Shown: positions 8,227-17,622 of the stretch, in pieces | Layout of the letters: each line of letters opens with the position of its first letter | Position numbering within the stretch: position 1 is the stretch's first letter | Virus record (IMG/VR): IMGVR_UViG_3300027416_000239 | From: an uncultured virus (IMG/VR IMGVR_UViG_3300027416_000239) | Lineage: Duplodnaviria > Heunggongvirae > Uroviricota > Caudoviricetes | Strand: one strand, 5' to 3' | Length of the DNA: 64,000 bases | The notes under the pieces: generated by a model | The model's input: only the letters and a program-made list of their open reading frames with translations | What the model was told of the DNA's origin: nothing | Databases searched by the model: none | Program-made: the position numbers and the translations under genes

Positions 8227-9567
8227 TTAGTCTAAAACTAGATTATTACTGTGTTTATATTTTACAGGGTATTTTCCTCCCTGATCAAGGATTTTTACTA
8301 AATTTTCCAGGGTATCTTTGCCGTCCTCCAAATAGAAGTCAAATAGGATAGCATCGTAAGTGTATAACGTAACCTTTGATTTCTTATCTCTGAGGTAGCT
8401 CAGTACTTCTCTTAATATAAGAACGTTTCTTGAGGTTTCCAACGACTGAATCACATAATTAAACAATTTCTGTGGGTTCATATCTCTTAAGTTAGAGAAA
8501 AACGGCTTATTTGAGATAGGAGCACGTACAATACCGGTTTCAGCAAACTCTTTCCACAGTTTATTGATAAACCCTGCTACTTTATCAAAGAATTCGATGT
8601 GGCGGTACTTATCCGGCACTCCTCCGTACATAATCTGGAAGGTAGTCTGTTTAGATAGCTTATATTCTTCTTCTGTAAGTTCATTCTTGCTAAAATACAT
8701 CCTTCCTAGCTGTGTATGCACGCTTTCAGGCGTAAACTCATAGCCAACTACCTCGCCAATCAAGCGAATATGGTAGCCATCGAAGTCAAACTCTATAAAT
8801 TTGTCTCCTTGCGGGATGAAACACTTTCGATATTCTTCTTTCTTGGGGATTGCAGCGAAGTTGACAGCATTAAAGGCACTAGTAGGGCGACTAGTGGGAT
8901 TATAAAGATTGTAATTAGTATAAGCAATATTATTCGCAATACTAAAGCGAGGATTTGTAGGGGTAAACTTTTCGACAAACTGATCATATACTACTCTTAT
9001 TCCTGATTGTTCAGATAAATAGAAAACTCCTACTGCTAAGTTATTATAGAACTTCCAGCTAGGATCTTCAGTCATAAACCTATATTCCTCAATAGTCTCT
9101 ACTAGAGCTCTGTAGTTACGTTCACATTTTTCGAAGAGCTTAGGTAGAGGAATGATCGTGTTTAGATCTTCTTTCTCGTTTAACCTATTATAAAACCATT
9201 GAATACTATGAGGAGGGTCAGGAAGCTGTAAGCTTTCGTACTCTTTCATAGAGTACATCAGGTTAATATCGTTGATATTACCGTGAGAGAAATGATATAA
9301 GAACGCCTTCTTATTAAACGTATACAGTGTATCGTAACATTTTAAGAGGTCTTGTATGCGATCCTTTGAGACATTAAGTCCTTCCGAGTGATTTACTGGA
9401 ATAATGTATCCTTCACGGTGGCCGATAGGGCGTACATAAGCAGCAACAGTCCCAGTAAGTAGACTATGGAAACGGTCATTACCCGAAATAATTTCAACGT
9501 ACGCTTCATTTCGTCCTAGTGCACAAAGATAATTTAACTGTTCGTCGCTTTCAACGATATAAAACAT
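8227..9567 (-). CDS. short, divergent family-A DNA polymerase-like protein
   Basis: Motif A FIEFDFDGYHIRL, motif B SKQTTFQIMYG, FNYVIQSLET, motif C LYTYDAILFD; only 446 aa. Confidence 0.8.
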   Translation of the reverse strand: MFYIVESDEQLNYLCALGRNEAYVEIISGNDRFHSLLTGTVAAYVRPIGHREGYIIPVNHSEGLNVSKDRIQDLLKCYDTLYTFNKKAFLYHFSHGNINDINLMYSMKEYESLQLPDPPHSIQWFYNRLNEKEDLNTIIPLPKLFEKCERNYRALVETIEEYRFMTEDPSWKFYNNLAVGVFYLSEQSGIRVVYDQFVEKFTPTNPRFSIANNIAYTNYNLYNPTSRPTSAFNAVNFAAIPKKEEYRKCFIPQGDKFIEFDFDGYHIRLIGEVVGYEFTPESVHTQLGRMYFSKNELTEEEYKLSKQTTFQIMYGGVPDKYRHIEFFDKVAGFINKLWKEFAETGIVRAPISNKPFFSNLRDMNPQKLFNYVIQSLETSRNVLILREVLSYLRDKKSKVTLYTYDAILFDFYLEDGKDTLENLVKILDQGGKYPVKYKHSNNLVLD

Positions 9568-9577
9568 AACTCATTTA

Positions 9578-10168
9578 TCATAACTGGCTGGTTTGAGTTA
9601 GGTAATCGTGTAACCCAGGGAGGGTCTTATCTAATTTCAAAACCTGCTTTTTATTCTTAGTCTTACTTCCTTCTACAATATACGAACCATTTACCGAATC
9701 GTCAACTGGAGATGATAAATCCCAGTCTATCAGAATAACTTCATAGGAAGGGTGGTGGTATTTATTAGACTTACTGTAAAGTTCTTTATACGTGTCTCTG
9801 TCTATCTCAATAATACTTCCAGTGATCTTACTCTTAGCAAAGAATCTTCGATTAATTTTTAATTCGTAGTCTGGTATATAAGTGTAGGAAGGTACTGGTT
9901 GAGTTTCTTTAAGCAGTAGTTGGTTAATTGTAACTTTAGCAGCATCGTCGTACTTCTCTCTTCCTACATTTCGGTAGGTAGATGTAGAGAGTGCCGAGGT
10001 TTTAATAAGTTCCTGGCTTTGATTTTTTTTAAACTCCGTACCTGTGTAGAATGTTCCTTTTGAAGTTCTAATGTAGAAACCTGTATATAGTTCTCCGGTA
10101 CTAGCAATTGCAAATTCTTCTCCAAAAGTATACAGAGCAGCAGTATGTTTAAACTTAGGCAGATACAT
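9578..10168 (-). CDS. hypothetical protein at end of tail/baseplate operon
   Basis: Intact 196-aa ORF tightly packed with its neighbours. Confidence 0.7.
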   Translation of the reverse strand: MYLPKFKHTAALYTFGEEFAIASTGELYTGFYIRTSKGTFYTGTEFKKNQSQELIKTSALSTSTYRNVGREKYDDAAKVTINQLLLKETQPVPSYTYIPDYELKINRRFFAKSKITGSIIEIDRDTYKELYSKSNKYHHPSYEVILIDWDLSSPVDDSVNGSYIVEGSKTKNKKQVLKLDKTLPGLHDYLTQTSQL

Positions 10169-10169
10169 A

Positions 10170-12068
10170 TTAAGCTAAATTAGATATTTGGAAAGAATCT
10201 ACTGTTGCTGTAGCAAAGCTTCCTCCTTCTGATATAAGTATTGCTTTATTGAGTTCTTTAAACATCTTTATGTTATCTGGTTTAGTTTCTGCAGCGCCTG
10301 CAAATGCTAGTACAGTATCTTTGGTAATATTAGAATAGAATGTACCACTCAAATTTGTCTTCATTCGAGATGTAACGTTGGCAATATAGTTTGCTGTATC
10401 GTTTCCGTCTGATGCTGGAGCGTACTTATTAATAATTTTAGAGACTGTGTTTATGTTTGCTTTAAAGTATCCGTTGAGAAGGTTCTTCATTCCTGCTCGT
10501 ACTCCATTATCTAGGGTATCAAAGACTAAGAAGTACCCTATCGAAGTATTTCCTCTAAAGCCCTCTTTTTGTCCGGTCACTCCGTTAAAATTAACTGATG
10601 TTCCTATCGGACGTATATTGTAGGGGTTATTATCGGTTGATGTAGAGTAGGCTCCTGAAATAACATCTGCACCAGAACCGGGGCTAGAGGAAGCTCCAGT
10701 AGCTCCAATATCAACTCCTAGCTTCCAGAACTTTTGGTAATTTTTACCATCGTTAATAGTGCCTGCGTCGTTTACATTATAGATCTGAGTTTTTATATTT
10801 GTTACCCATTGACCTCTGTTTACCTGATGTTCTACTCCTGTGATTACAAAAGCAATATCTGTACCTCGAGTACCGCCGTATGTACTAGGTAACACTCTTT
10901 TATCAATTCTAAAGCTCTCTAGTACTCTAAATCCTGACATTCCATGGAGAGCTAAGTTAAGCTCAAAAGGAATAATAAAAGAATATGCAGGATCCTGCTT
11001 CTTACCTATAACCATATTACAGTAGTTTTGGTACAAACTAGATACTGTATAAGCGTCTGTTAGGTTTAGTACTTTTGCTACTCCGTAGATTGCGTTTACG
11101 TGAGCGAAGATTACAATCATATCTTTTTCAAAAGCTTCTAACATCTGCTCATATGTGGTAGTAGCAGCTTCAATTTTAACAGAGTCAATAGTACCGCTGT
11201 CGTCTTCTATAGTGTTAGTAATACTTTGTTCTAAATCTTTACTTAAGGCATTAAAACCTGTTCCTTCCATATTGGTAGTGAACGGTGAATCTTGAGCTGA
11301 GATGGCTATCATGCTCGAAATCTTTGGAGATATCTTGCTTACAAGCCCTACGTTTTTAACAATACTGTTTAGACCAAAAATGTTTATTTGTGGGAGCTTT
11401 GACTTAGGTACTGTACTTAAATGATTTCGATCTACAACTGTAAACGTTGAAGACTCTTCGTAGTACTGTAATTCATATTTGTTTATTACTCCAGTTACTC
11501 TTTCAACCTCACTAAATAAGCTTTCAAAGAAGTCTAATAAGGCTACTGAGGCATCTCTGCTGGTATGTTCATCAAGTATACGAGTTATAGCATTAATGTT
11601 AAGTAATACATCGTAGACAAGAGGAGGATCAAAACCTTCCTGTCCGTCTAGTAGTGACTGTAGTGTGCTTGGTAGTAAACATACTTGAGGATCTATAGAG
11701 ATGTGTCCATCAATAGTTCTGTAGAAGTTATCACCTGAGTCTATTTCAAAAGATATGTAAGGAGCGGTAGCTTTTTTTAACTGCTTATTAAGTATAGCTA
11801 GAAATAATCCAAGTTTTACAAATACCTGAGTAGCATCTTGAGCAGAGTTTCCGTTTTGAGTCTGCTCAACAGTACTGGCTTTGTATACGAATGTCTGGTG
11901 GTATAGTTTGCTTTTTACTGTTTCCTTATCTTTAGATGAAATAATATCATCAAGCGTATCATCAGGAAGAATTATATAGCCGGTGCCTGGGGCTGTAGTA
12001 TTTTCTGACCATACCTTTACCAGCAGCGCTTCGTGGATCTTTGTCTTATATTCTTGAGTAAACGCCAT
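10170..12068 (-). CDS. baseplate hub-like protein with C-terminal lysozyme-like (virion peptidoglycan hydrolase) domain
   Basis: Hub-like FVITGVEHQVNRGQWVTNIK; C-terminal NNPYNIR...FDTLDNGVRAG...INKYAPASDGNDTANY, typical of virion muramidase-like domains. Confidence 0.65.
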   Translation of the reverse strand: MAFTQEYKTKIHEALLVKVWSENTTAPGTGYIILPDDTLDDIISSKDKETVKSKLYHQTFVYKASTVEQTQNGNSAQDATQVFVKLGLFLAILNKQLKKATAPYISFEIDSGDNFYRTIDGHISIDPQVCLLPSTLQSLLDGQEGFDPPLVYDVLLNINAITRILDEHTSRDASVALLDFFESLFSEVERVTGVINKYELQYYEESSTFTVVDRNHLSTVPKSKLPQINIFGLNSIVKNVGLVSKISPKISSMIAISAQDSPFTTNMEGTGFNALSKDLEQSITNTIEDDSGTIDSVKIEAATTTYEQMLEAFEKDMIVIFAHVNAIYGVAKVLNLTDAYTVSSLYQNYCNMVIGKKQDPAYSFIIPFELNLALHGMSGFRVLESFRIDKRVLPSTYGGTRGTDIAFVITGVEHQVNRGQWVTNIKTQIYNVNDAGTINDGKNYQKFWKLGVDIGATGASSSPGSGADVISGAYSTSTDNNPYNIRPIGTSVNFNGVTGQKEGFRGNTSIGYFLVFDTLDNGVRAGMKNLLNGYFKANINTVSKIINKYAPASDGNDTANYIANVTSRMKTNLSGTFYSNITKDTVLAFAGAAETKPDNIKMFKELNKAILISEGGSFATATVDSFQISNLA

Positions 12069-12074
12069 AGTTAA

Positions 12075-13313
12075 TTAGATTGTATAATCTTTAAATCGCA
12101 TTACTACCATTTCATTTATTCGGGTTGGTCGGACTAAGATTTCAACTGCAGGATTATCCTGTACGAACTTTTCTGCTTGAGCAATAAGACCGTTGACATT
12201 GTTAAGCTGGTAGTAGCTTCCTTCAAAGCCAAATGTACCTTCTTTTAGATTTATATAGAGGCCCTTGTCTTTCGGGTCTTTAACAATACTTGTCTGTCTA
12301 GTAACTTTTAACGCGTCATTCACTCTTGCTTTATATTCTTCGTAAAGTTTAGATAATGTTTGACCGGCTTCAGGATCTGCTGCACTATTAAAGTCTGGTG
12401 GTGCGATAGCGCTTTTATACCGTATTTCGTTAACGTCGGGGAATTGCGGGGTAATCTTAGCTTTTGCTTGAATGTCTGTGAGTGTTACAGGTTTGTCTAT
12501 CCCTTGAACTGTAACTGTTTTAGAAGTTACTGCGAGGGCAGCGGTATCTACAGCATTGGTTGCTTTTGTTATTGCTTTTTTAATGTCCGCATTAGAGACA
12601 TAGAAGTTAATTTTTAAGGACTCTGCTACATCGCCTGCTGTTACAATATATGTAGAGCAATCATAACCGCCATCGTTTCTTAGAGACCAGGTAAAGTTTT
12701 TTACTACTCCTGCTATACCATCATAATGGTACGTATACTTATTGCGTTTGGTAACCATAGCTGCTTGTGCAGCTTCTCTGGTGTTATAGGCTGTAAAATC
12801 AATAGGTTCTACCAACGTATCAACGTTATAGTTGCCGTTATCGTTAGCTAAGTAGCCTGACCATCCCCATTCTAAGAACACGTTAAACCCGGGTCTCATA
12901 TAAAGGAGTTCTAATACATCTAGTTGCTCTCTACTCCAGCATTGGTACTTTACTACAGCTGTTCTTAAAGATCCAAATCTATTATGGGAATGAATCTGCA
13001 TGTCCTGTATACCGGGAGCAGGTCTGTATCCGAGCTGTGTTCTTTCATAGCCTGGAAGTCCATCTGTCTCTTTATTAAAGAGAGTAAAGAGTACGTTATT
13101 CTTAGCTAGTTCAGTACCGGTACCAAACTTTTCAGCTGTCTTAGTACCTGCTTTAATTTTAACGGCTGAGCTTAGTCTTACCCAAGGTGCTAGGGACTGG
13201 TACTGTATATAAGCTTGACGTAAAGAACCATCGTTAGCTTCAAAGATGTTTTGACGATCTTCGATGCTTTTAGCAACGGATCCTGCTATAGGTGTACCTA
13301 CAAGATAATTCAT
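12075..13313 (-). CDS. baseplate hub-like protein, N-terminal part
   Basis: RPAPGI, GSLRTAVV, LELLYMRPGFNVFLEWGWS and NFTWS..DGGYDC motifs; directly follows the LysM gene. Confidence 0.6.
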   Translation of the reverse strand: MNYLVGTPIAGSVAKSIEDRQNIFEANDGSLRQAYIQYQSLAPWVRLSSAVKIKAGTKTAEKFGTGTELAKNNVLFTLFNKETDGLPGYERTQLGYRPAPGIQDMQIHSHNRFGSLRTAVVKYQCWSREQLDVLELLYMRPGFNVFLEWGWSGYLANDNGNYNVDTLVEPIDFTAYNTREAAQAAMVTKRNKYTYHYDGIAGVVKNFTWSLRNDGGYDCSTYIVTAGDVAESLKINFYVSNADIKKAITKATNAVDTAALAVTSKTVTVQGIDKPVTLTDIQAKAKITPQFPDVNEIRYKSAIAPPDFNSAADPEAGQTLSKLYEEYKARVNDALKVTRQTSIVKDPKDKGLYINLKEGTFGFEGSYYQLNNVNGLIAQAEKFVQDNPAVEILVRPTRINEMVVMRFKDYTI

Positions 13314-13609
13314 CTAGAAGCATTTAACTGTTCGTAACTGTTTAATATAGCTCTTAGAGGTGGAATACGCAACTGTAACCCTGGTTCAATGTACATAGTA
13401 TCTCTTCTAACATTGGGATTAGCAGAAGCAATTACCCACCAGTACTGTTGATCGCCGTAGAATTGCTTAGATAAAATATCAAACCTATCGCCTACAGAAG
13501 TAACTACATAGTAGTCTTGCTCTGAAGCTGGTACTTCTGGATAGATAGTTGCTCCCCTGTAAGGTTTAGCTCCTACATTACGTACCGGTATGTCTTCGTA
13601 TCTTTTCAT
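13310..13609 (-). CDS. LysM-type baseplate protein (tail X / gp53-like)
   Basis: GDRFDILSKQFYGDQQYWWVIASAN...PGLQLRIP. Confidence 0.85.
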   Translation of the reverse strand: MKRYEDIPVRNVGAKPYRGATIYPEVPASEQDYYVVTSVGDRFDILSKQFYGDQQYWWVIASANPNVRRDTMYIEPGLQLRIPPLRAILNSYEQLNASR

Positions 13610-15021
13610 AAGTAAGTGTCTTGATCTTCAATATCACTAAAGAATCCTTCTCCTACTTCAATTGACGGCGTTAAACCACCAAATCTGCTTGACCTATTAG
13701 CAAATAGAGCAGCGAAATCTTCTGCTTCAGTTGAAATAGCAGAAGTTAATTTATCAATTAACGGCACTAATTCGCCTTGAAGAAGGTCAATTTCATCTAA
13801 CTGTAGAGCTTCCATATCTCCTAGAGTAGCTAATGTCTCTTCTCTTGCAAAATCTCTGTCAACTACCTTACTTCCTTGATTGATGTACTGTCCGTCTGGT
13901 GTAGCTTTGCTGAATGGGGATGTAAAGAGCTGAGGTACTGTGCTGTGGATTGGAGTAAATTGGATATTAGCGGTAATAACTTGAGGCAGTAGTCTTGCTT
14001 TATTATCTCCGTATGCACTCTTCTGACTGTAAGACCATGGTACATCGTTGGCGACAGTAATAGATACTGAGTTTATTATTCCGGCAGTACGTAGGTAGTT
14101 ACCCATTGTCATATAGACAATAGTACCTTGAGGTAAGTTATCCACATAAGTAGGAGCAGTATAGGATACTAGAGAGTTAATTTTATTAAAGACTCTTGGT
14201 TGCTCGGCAGCAGAAAATATTGGAATAACTAATTGAAAGTTAAACGTTCGAGTAAACCCTGTATATGTAAAGAATTGTTCCATTCTACCTACGTAGTTAA
14301 CTGATTGCCAGTTACCTGTATAGTTATCTGAGATGTTCTGAACAAAGCCCCTGAAGGTATTCATCGTAGTAGTTGCTTTTCCAAATACGTTGAAGGTTAC
14401 TCCCATCAGTAAATCGTCTTTAAGAGTTCCTCCTACGTCTAGTAGGTTAACAGAATCAGTTGACCGTGTGTCTACTAAGTCGGGCTTAACTCCAAGAACA
14501 ACCTTTTTATTGTTTTTAGCTTGAGCACTAGCTTGAGTTCTAGTTAATACTGTGCTAAATCTCTCAGGCTTACCTAACTCACTTATTTTAGTACGTAATT
14601 GAGAGCGTTTCTCAATACGTATTGTCTTACCGGCAAGCGCTTCACTAGCAGCATTATTATTTCTAGTATAGTAGTTAGTGAGAGGTCCTCCTCCTAATGC
14701 AGAGAAATGCGTACCTGTTCTATTAACAGGAATCTGTAGAAGTATGTTACCGATTCTTAAGGCCGGGTTTACGACAGTATTCTTATTAAAGATATCTATT
14801 AAAGTATCTGCTTTACTGGCCTCAAGTACTACTTGTTTAGTAGCAAATTCTACACCCGGTCTATCGGCTAGCATTTTAGTAAGACGTTCTAGATCTTCGG
14901 CTCTGGCTTGAATCTGATTAGAGGAAGGTACACCCGGATTGTTTATATCTTTTTGGATATAAGGTGCTAAAGTACCAAACTTTAGATCTTTTAATTTAGT
15001 TTTTAAGTCTAGTAAAGGCAT
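13606..15021 (-). CDS. baseplate / tail-tube initiator-like protein
   Basis: FRGFVQNISDNYTGNWQSVNYVGRMEQFFTYTGFTRTFNF tube-like fold; position between tape measure and LysM genes. Confidence 0.65.
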   Translation of the reverse strand: MPLLDLKTKLKDLKFGTLAPYIQKDINNPGVPSSNQIQARAEDLERLTKMLADRPGVEFATKQVVLEASKADTLIDIFNKNTVVNPALRIGNILLQIPVNRTGTHFSALGGGPLTNYYTRNNNAASEALAGKTIRIEKRSQLRTKISELGKPERFSTVLTRTQASAQAKNNKKVVLGVKPDLVDTRSTDSVNLLDVGGTLKDDLLMGVTFNVFGKATTTMNTFRGFVQNISDNYTGNWQSVNYVGRMEQFFTYTGFTRTFNFQLVIPIFSAAEQPRVFNKINSLVSYTAPTYVDNLPQGTIVYMTMGNYLRTAGIINSVSITVANDVPWSYSQKSAYGDNKARLLPQVITANIQFTPIHSTVPQLFTSPFSKATPDGQYINQGSKVVDRDFAREETLATLGDMEALQLDEIDLLQGELVPLIDKLTSAISTEAEDFAALFANRSSRFGGLTPSIEVGEGFFSDIEDQDTYL

Positions 15022-15022
15022 C

Positions 15023-17317
15023 TTAATTCAATCTTGGGTTACCTAAAGCCATAGAGATACCGACCTGATTGGCATCCATGAATATCTTAGTATCTTTCTT
15101 AGCTTGCTCTTCGAGCAGCTTAATCATCTTATCGTATTTTTCAGCACCAGTGTCTTTTGCTTTCTCATCATCCTTATCCTTCTTATTAAGGTAGGCTGTA
15201 AGACCTCCAATAGCTGCTCCTAATCCTGCTCCTACTGCCATACCGGCTGGGCCGAACATACCACCGACCATCGCTCCGGTACTTGCTCCAGATAGAGCTG
15301 CTCCACCGATCTGCATTCCTTCGTTTTCAGATTGCATCATTGCAGCGCCAGCTAGTCCTCCTATAGCAGCAATTCCTGCTCCTCTGGTAACCATTCTACT
15401 GCTCTTTAGTCCTTGCATAGCTCCTTTACCTCCAAAGCCTGCAGCAATTTGCTTATTTGAAAGTCCTTTTGCTCTAGCTGCCGATAGTGCTGAAGCGTTG
15501 CTTCCGGCTCCGTATGTACCTAGCATACCTCCTCCGCTTGCTCCTGTTCCACCTGCTTGGTTAACAACAAACACCTTTTGAGGCATAAGGTTTAGAGATT
15601 TAGCAATAGAGGATAAAGCCATTGTTCCAGCTCCTACAAGAGTAAGTCCTTTGAAGAATGGATTAGCAGCTAGATCACCAGCAATATTAGCAATCTTTTC
15701 TAGTACAGGAGATAGCTCGATAAATAATCTCTGGAATGTACCTAGTAGTTTTTTAGATGCATCTTCAAAAGCTTTAGCAGCATCTCTTTCTTCTTGAATC
15801 TGAGATAGTGCATCTCCAAATCCTATGTTCTTCTCTTTAGCTAACGCTCTAGCTTGACTGATCTGCTCTGTTGTTAGGTCTCTGGCAGATTTAGCATTAG
15901 CATTTAATGCTTCTTGCTTTAGAAGCATCTCACTCAACTGCTCAACGTTTAATCCAAAGGCCTGTGCTAGAGATTCTCTTTGAATTACGTTCATCTTTTC
16001 GAACTCGTTAATCGAGCCGATCTGAGTTCTCAGTTCTTTTGCTAAGCTTGCTTGATCACCAGTCAGTGCTGCTGCTCTAGCTTTTTCTAGATTAAGCTGA
16101 CGTCCTACTAGAAGTTCAGCTTGAAGCTCATTCTCGATAGAGGTCTCAAAATTAAGTAAGCTACTTGAAACACTGCTTAACTGTTCAAAGGTAGCTCCTA
16201 ATGCTTTTGCTTCTGCTACTGCTCTGGCTAATGCTTCTGGGTTTCTCTGTAGATTAACTAGCGTAGTTGAAGACATCTTACCGATAGTCTCGTAAGCTTC
16301 TTTTAGAGGTATATTAACTCCTAATGCCTGTCCAGCTAGAGTTACAGACTCAGCTATATTATCTGTGAATTTCTTAGAGTTATCTCCAAGTCCTTCTGTG
16401 AGTAGGGTGAGTTTAGCAGCAGCTTCTGTGCTTACTCCCATATACTCGGTAAGCATGATAAAGTTCTGTAGAGTCTCCCCACTAAACTGTACTGCTAAAC
16501 CTAATTGACCGGATAATGTATTCTGTGCCTGTAGTAGTTTCTGAGTAGTTACTCTGCTATCTTCTGTACTTAGTGCAAACCTATCGAAACTTCTTTCAAT
16601 ATCTCTTGCAGCACTCATGCTAATACCTAAGTTAGTACTTAAGTCCTTAGTATTCTTTGAAAGCTGTAATGTACCTGCAATTAAAGCAGGAAGAGATAGC
16701 ATATCAAATAAACCTTTACCTAGAGCTTTTAAACCTGCTCCAAAGCCTGATATAGTACTACCTGTCTTAGCTACAGCTTCTCTGGCTGCTTTTTCTGCTT
16801 GCTGGAAAGGTTCAGCGAATGCTTTAAATCCAGGTATACTGGATATAAATGTGCTTGCTGCTCTAAAGAACTTTGTGGAGGAGTCTAGTTTAGCTGCCTG
16901 TATTGCAATTTCTTTATATAATTCAGAAAGTACTCTAGCTTCTCCTGAAGCTCTATAAAGGTTTTCTGATTGCTGTAGAAGATTATCTTTTGTTTTACCG
17001 GTTGCTGTCTGAGCTTGAATATAAAACTCACCAGCTTGTTTTGCTAACTGAGTAGCTTTATCCTGGTTAGCTTTTTGTTCCTTAATAGCATTAGCAGTAC
17101 CGGCAGAACTCTCTTGAATACTTCGTTGTACTTTAGCAACGTTATCTGCAGAGGTTTTTAGTTGAGCAAACACTCTACCTACTTCAGCAGTATCTTCACC
17201 GGTACGTCTTAATGCTCTGTTAAGTTCATTAACAGCATTATTAATAGAGCCAAAGGACATTTTCAGTTCCTCGGCTCTCTCAATATTACCTTCTAAGTTT
17301 AAATTATCTTCTGCCAT
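15023..17317 (-). CDS. tape measure protein
   Basis: Ala/Leu-rich helical repeats, LLNFETSIENELQAELL, C-terminal glycine-zipper hydrophobic segments; lies downstream of tube and chaperones. Confidence 0.85.
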   Translation of the reverse strand: MAEDNLNLEGNIERAEELKMSFGSINNAVNELNRALRRTGEDTAEVGRVFAQLKTSADNVAKVQRSIQESSAGTANAIKEQKANQDKATQLAKQAGEFYIQAQTATGKTKDNLLQQSENLYRASGEARVLSELYKEIAIQAAKLDSSTKFFRAASTFISSIPGFKAFAEPFQQAEKAAREAVAKTGSTISGFGAGLKALGKGLFDMLSLPALIAGTLQLSKNTKDLSTNLGISMSAARDIERSFDRFALSTEDSRVTTQKLLQAQNTLSGQLGLAVQFSGETLQNFIMLTEYMGVSTEAAAKLTLLTEGLGDNSKKFTDNIAESVTLAGQALGVNIPLKEAYETIGKMSSTTLVNLQRNPEALARAVAEAKALGATFEQLSSVSSSLLNFETSIENELQAELLVGRQLNLEKARAAALTGDQASLAKELRTQIGSINEFEKMNVIQRESLAQAFGLNVEQLSEMLLKQEALNANAKSARDLTTEQISQARALAKEKNIGFGDALSQIQEERDAAKAFEDASKKLLGTFQRLFIELSPVLEKIANIAGDLAANPFFKGLTLVGAGTMALSSIAKSLNLMPQKVFVVNQAGGTGASGGGMLGTYGAGSNASALSAARAKGLSNKQIAAGFGGKGAMQGLKSSRMVTRGAGIAAIGGLAGAAMMQSENEGMQIGGAALSGASTGAMVGGMFGPAGMAVGAGLGAAIGGLTAYLNKKDKDDEKAKDTGAEKYDKMIKLLEEQAKKDTKIFMDANQVGISMALGNPRLN

Positions 17318-17333
17318 ACAGTAGTGCTATACT

Positions 17334-17341
17334 AATAAATA
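17334..17341 (-). promoter_or_regulatory. TATTTATT variant of putative late promoter
   Basis: One mismatch to the octamer; 16 nt before the tape measure ATG. Confidence 0.45.
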
Positions 17342-17346
17342 GATTA

Positions 17347-17622
17347 CTACTGTTTTTTAGTAGTGTATGTTGCTTTTTTTACTGCATCCGGAATCTGTAC
17401 AGTATTGCTTGGTGCTGCTTGCTGTACTCCGGTTGCTTTATCCATAGCTTCTTTTTGTGCTTCTGCTTCTTTCTCGTAGAAGTCTCTGATTGATTGAAAG
17501 GTGAATCTACGTAGCCATATTGGCATATTGTAGACTGTCTGCCAATCATACCCTCCTTTACCGTGAAAGACTATGTCGTGTATCTGTTGATACAGTAGAG
17601 TTCTATACTCAGGCGTCAGGCC
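17347..17622 (-). CDS. tail assembly chaperone C-terminal extension (gpT / gp51-like), probably expressed by frameshift
   Basis: YDWQTVYNMPIWLRRF motif; no good independent start; overlaps the upstream gene at a T7 run. Confidence 0.7.
   Translation of the reverse strand, partial: GLTPEYRTLLYQQIHDIVFHGKGGYDWQTVYNMPIWLRRFTFQSIRDFYEKEAEAQKEAMDKATGVQQAAPSNTVQIPDAVKKATYTTKKQ

Noticed and set aside
587..9567. Introns or inteins in nrdA, nrdB, helicase, recombinase or polymerase
   Set aside because: ORFs are uninterrupted and of normal or short length; no intein or homing-endonuclease motifs seen.
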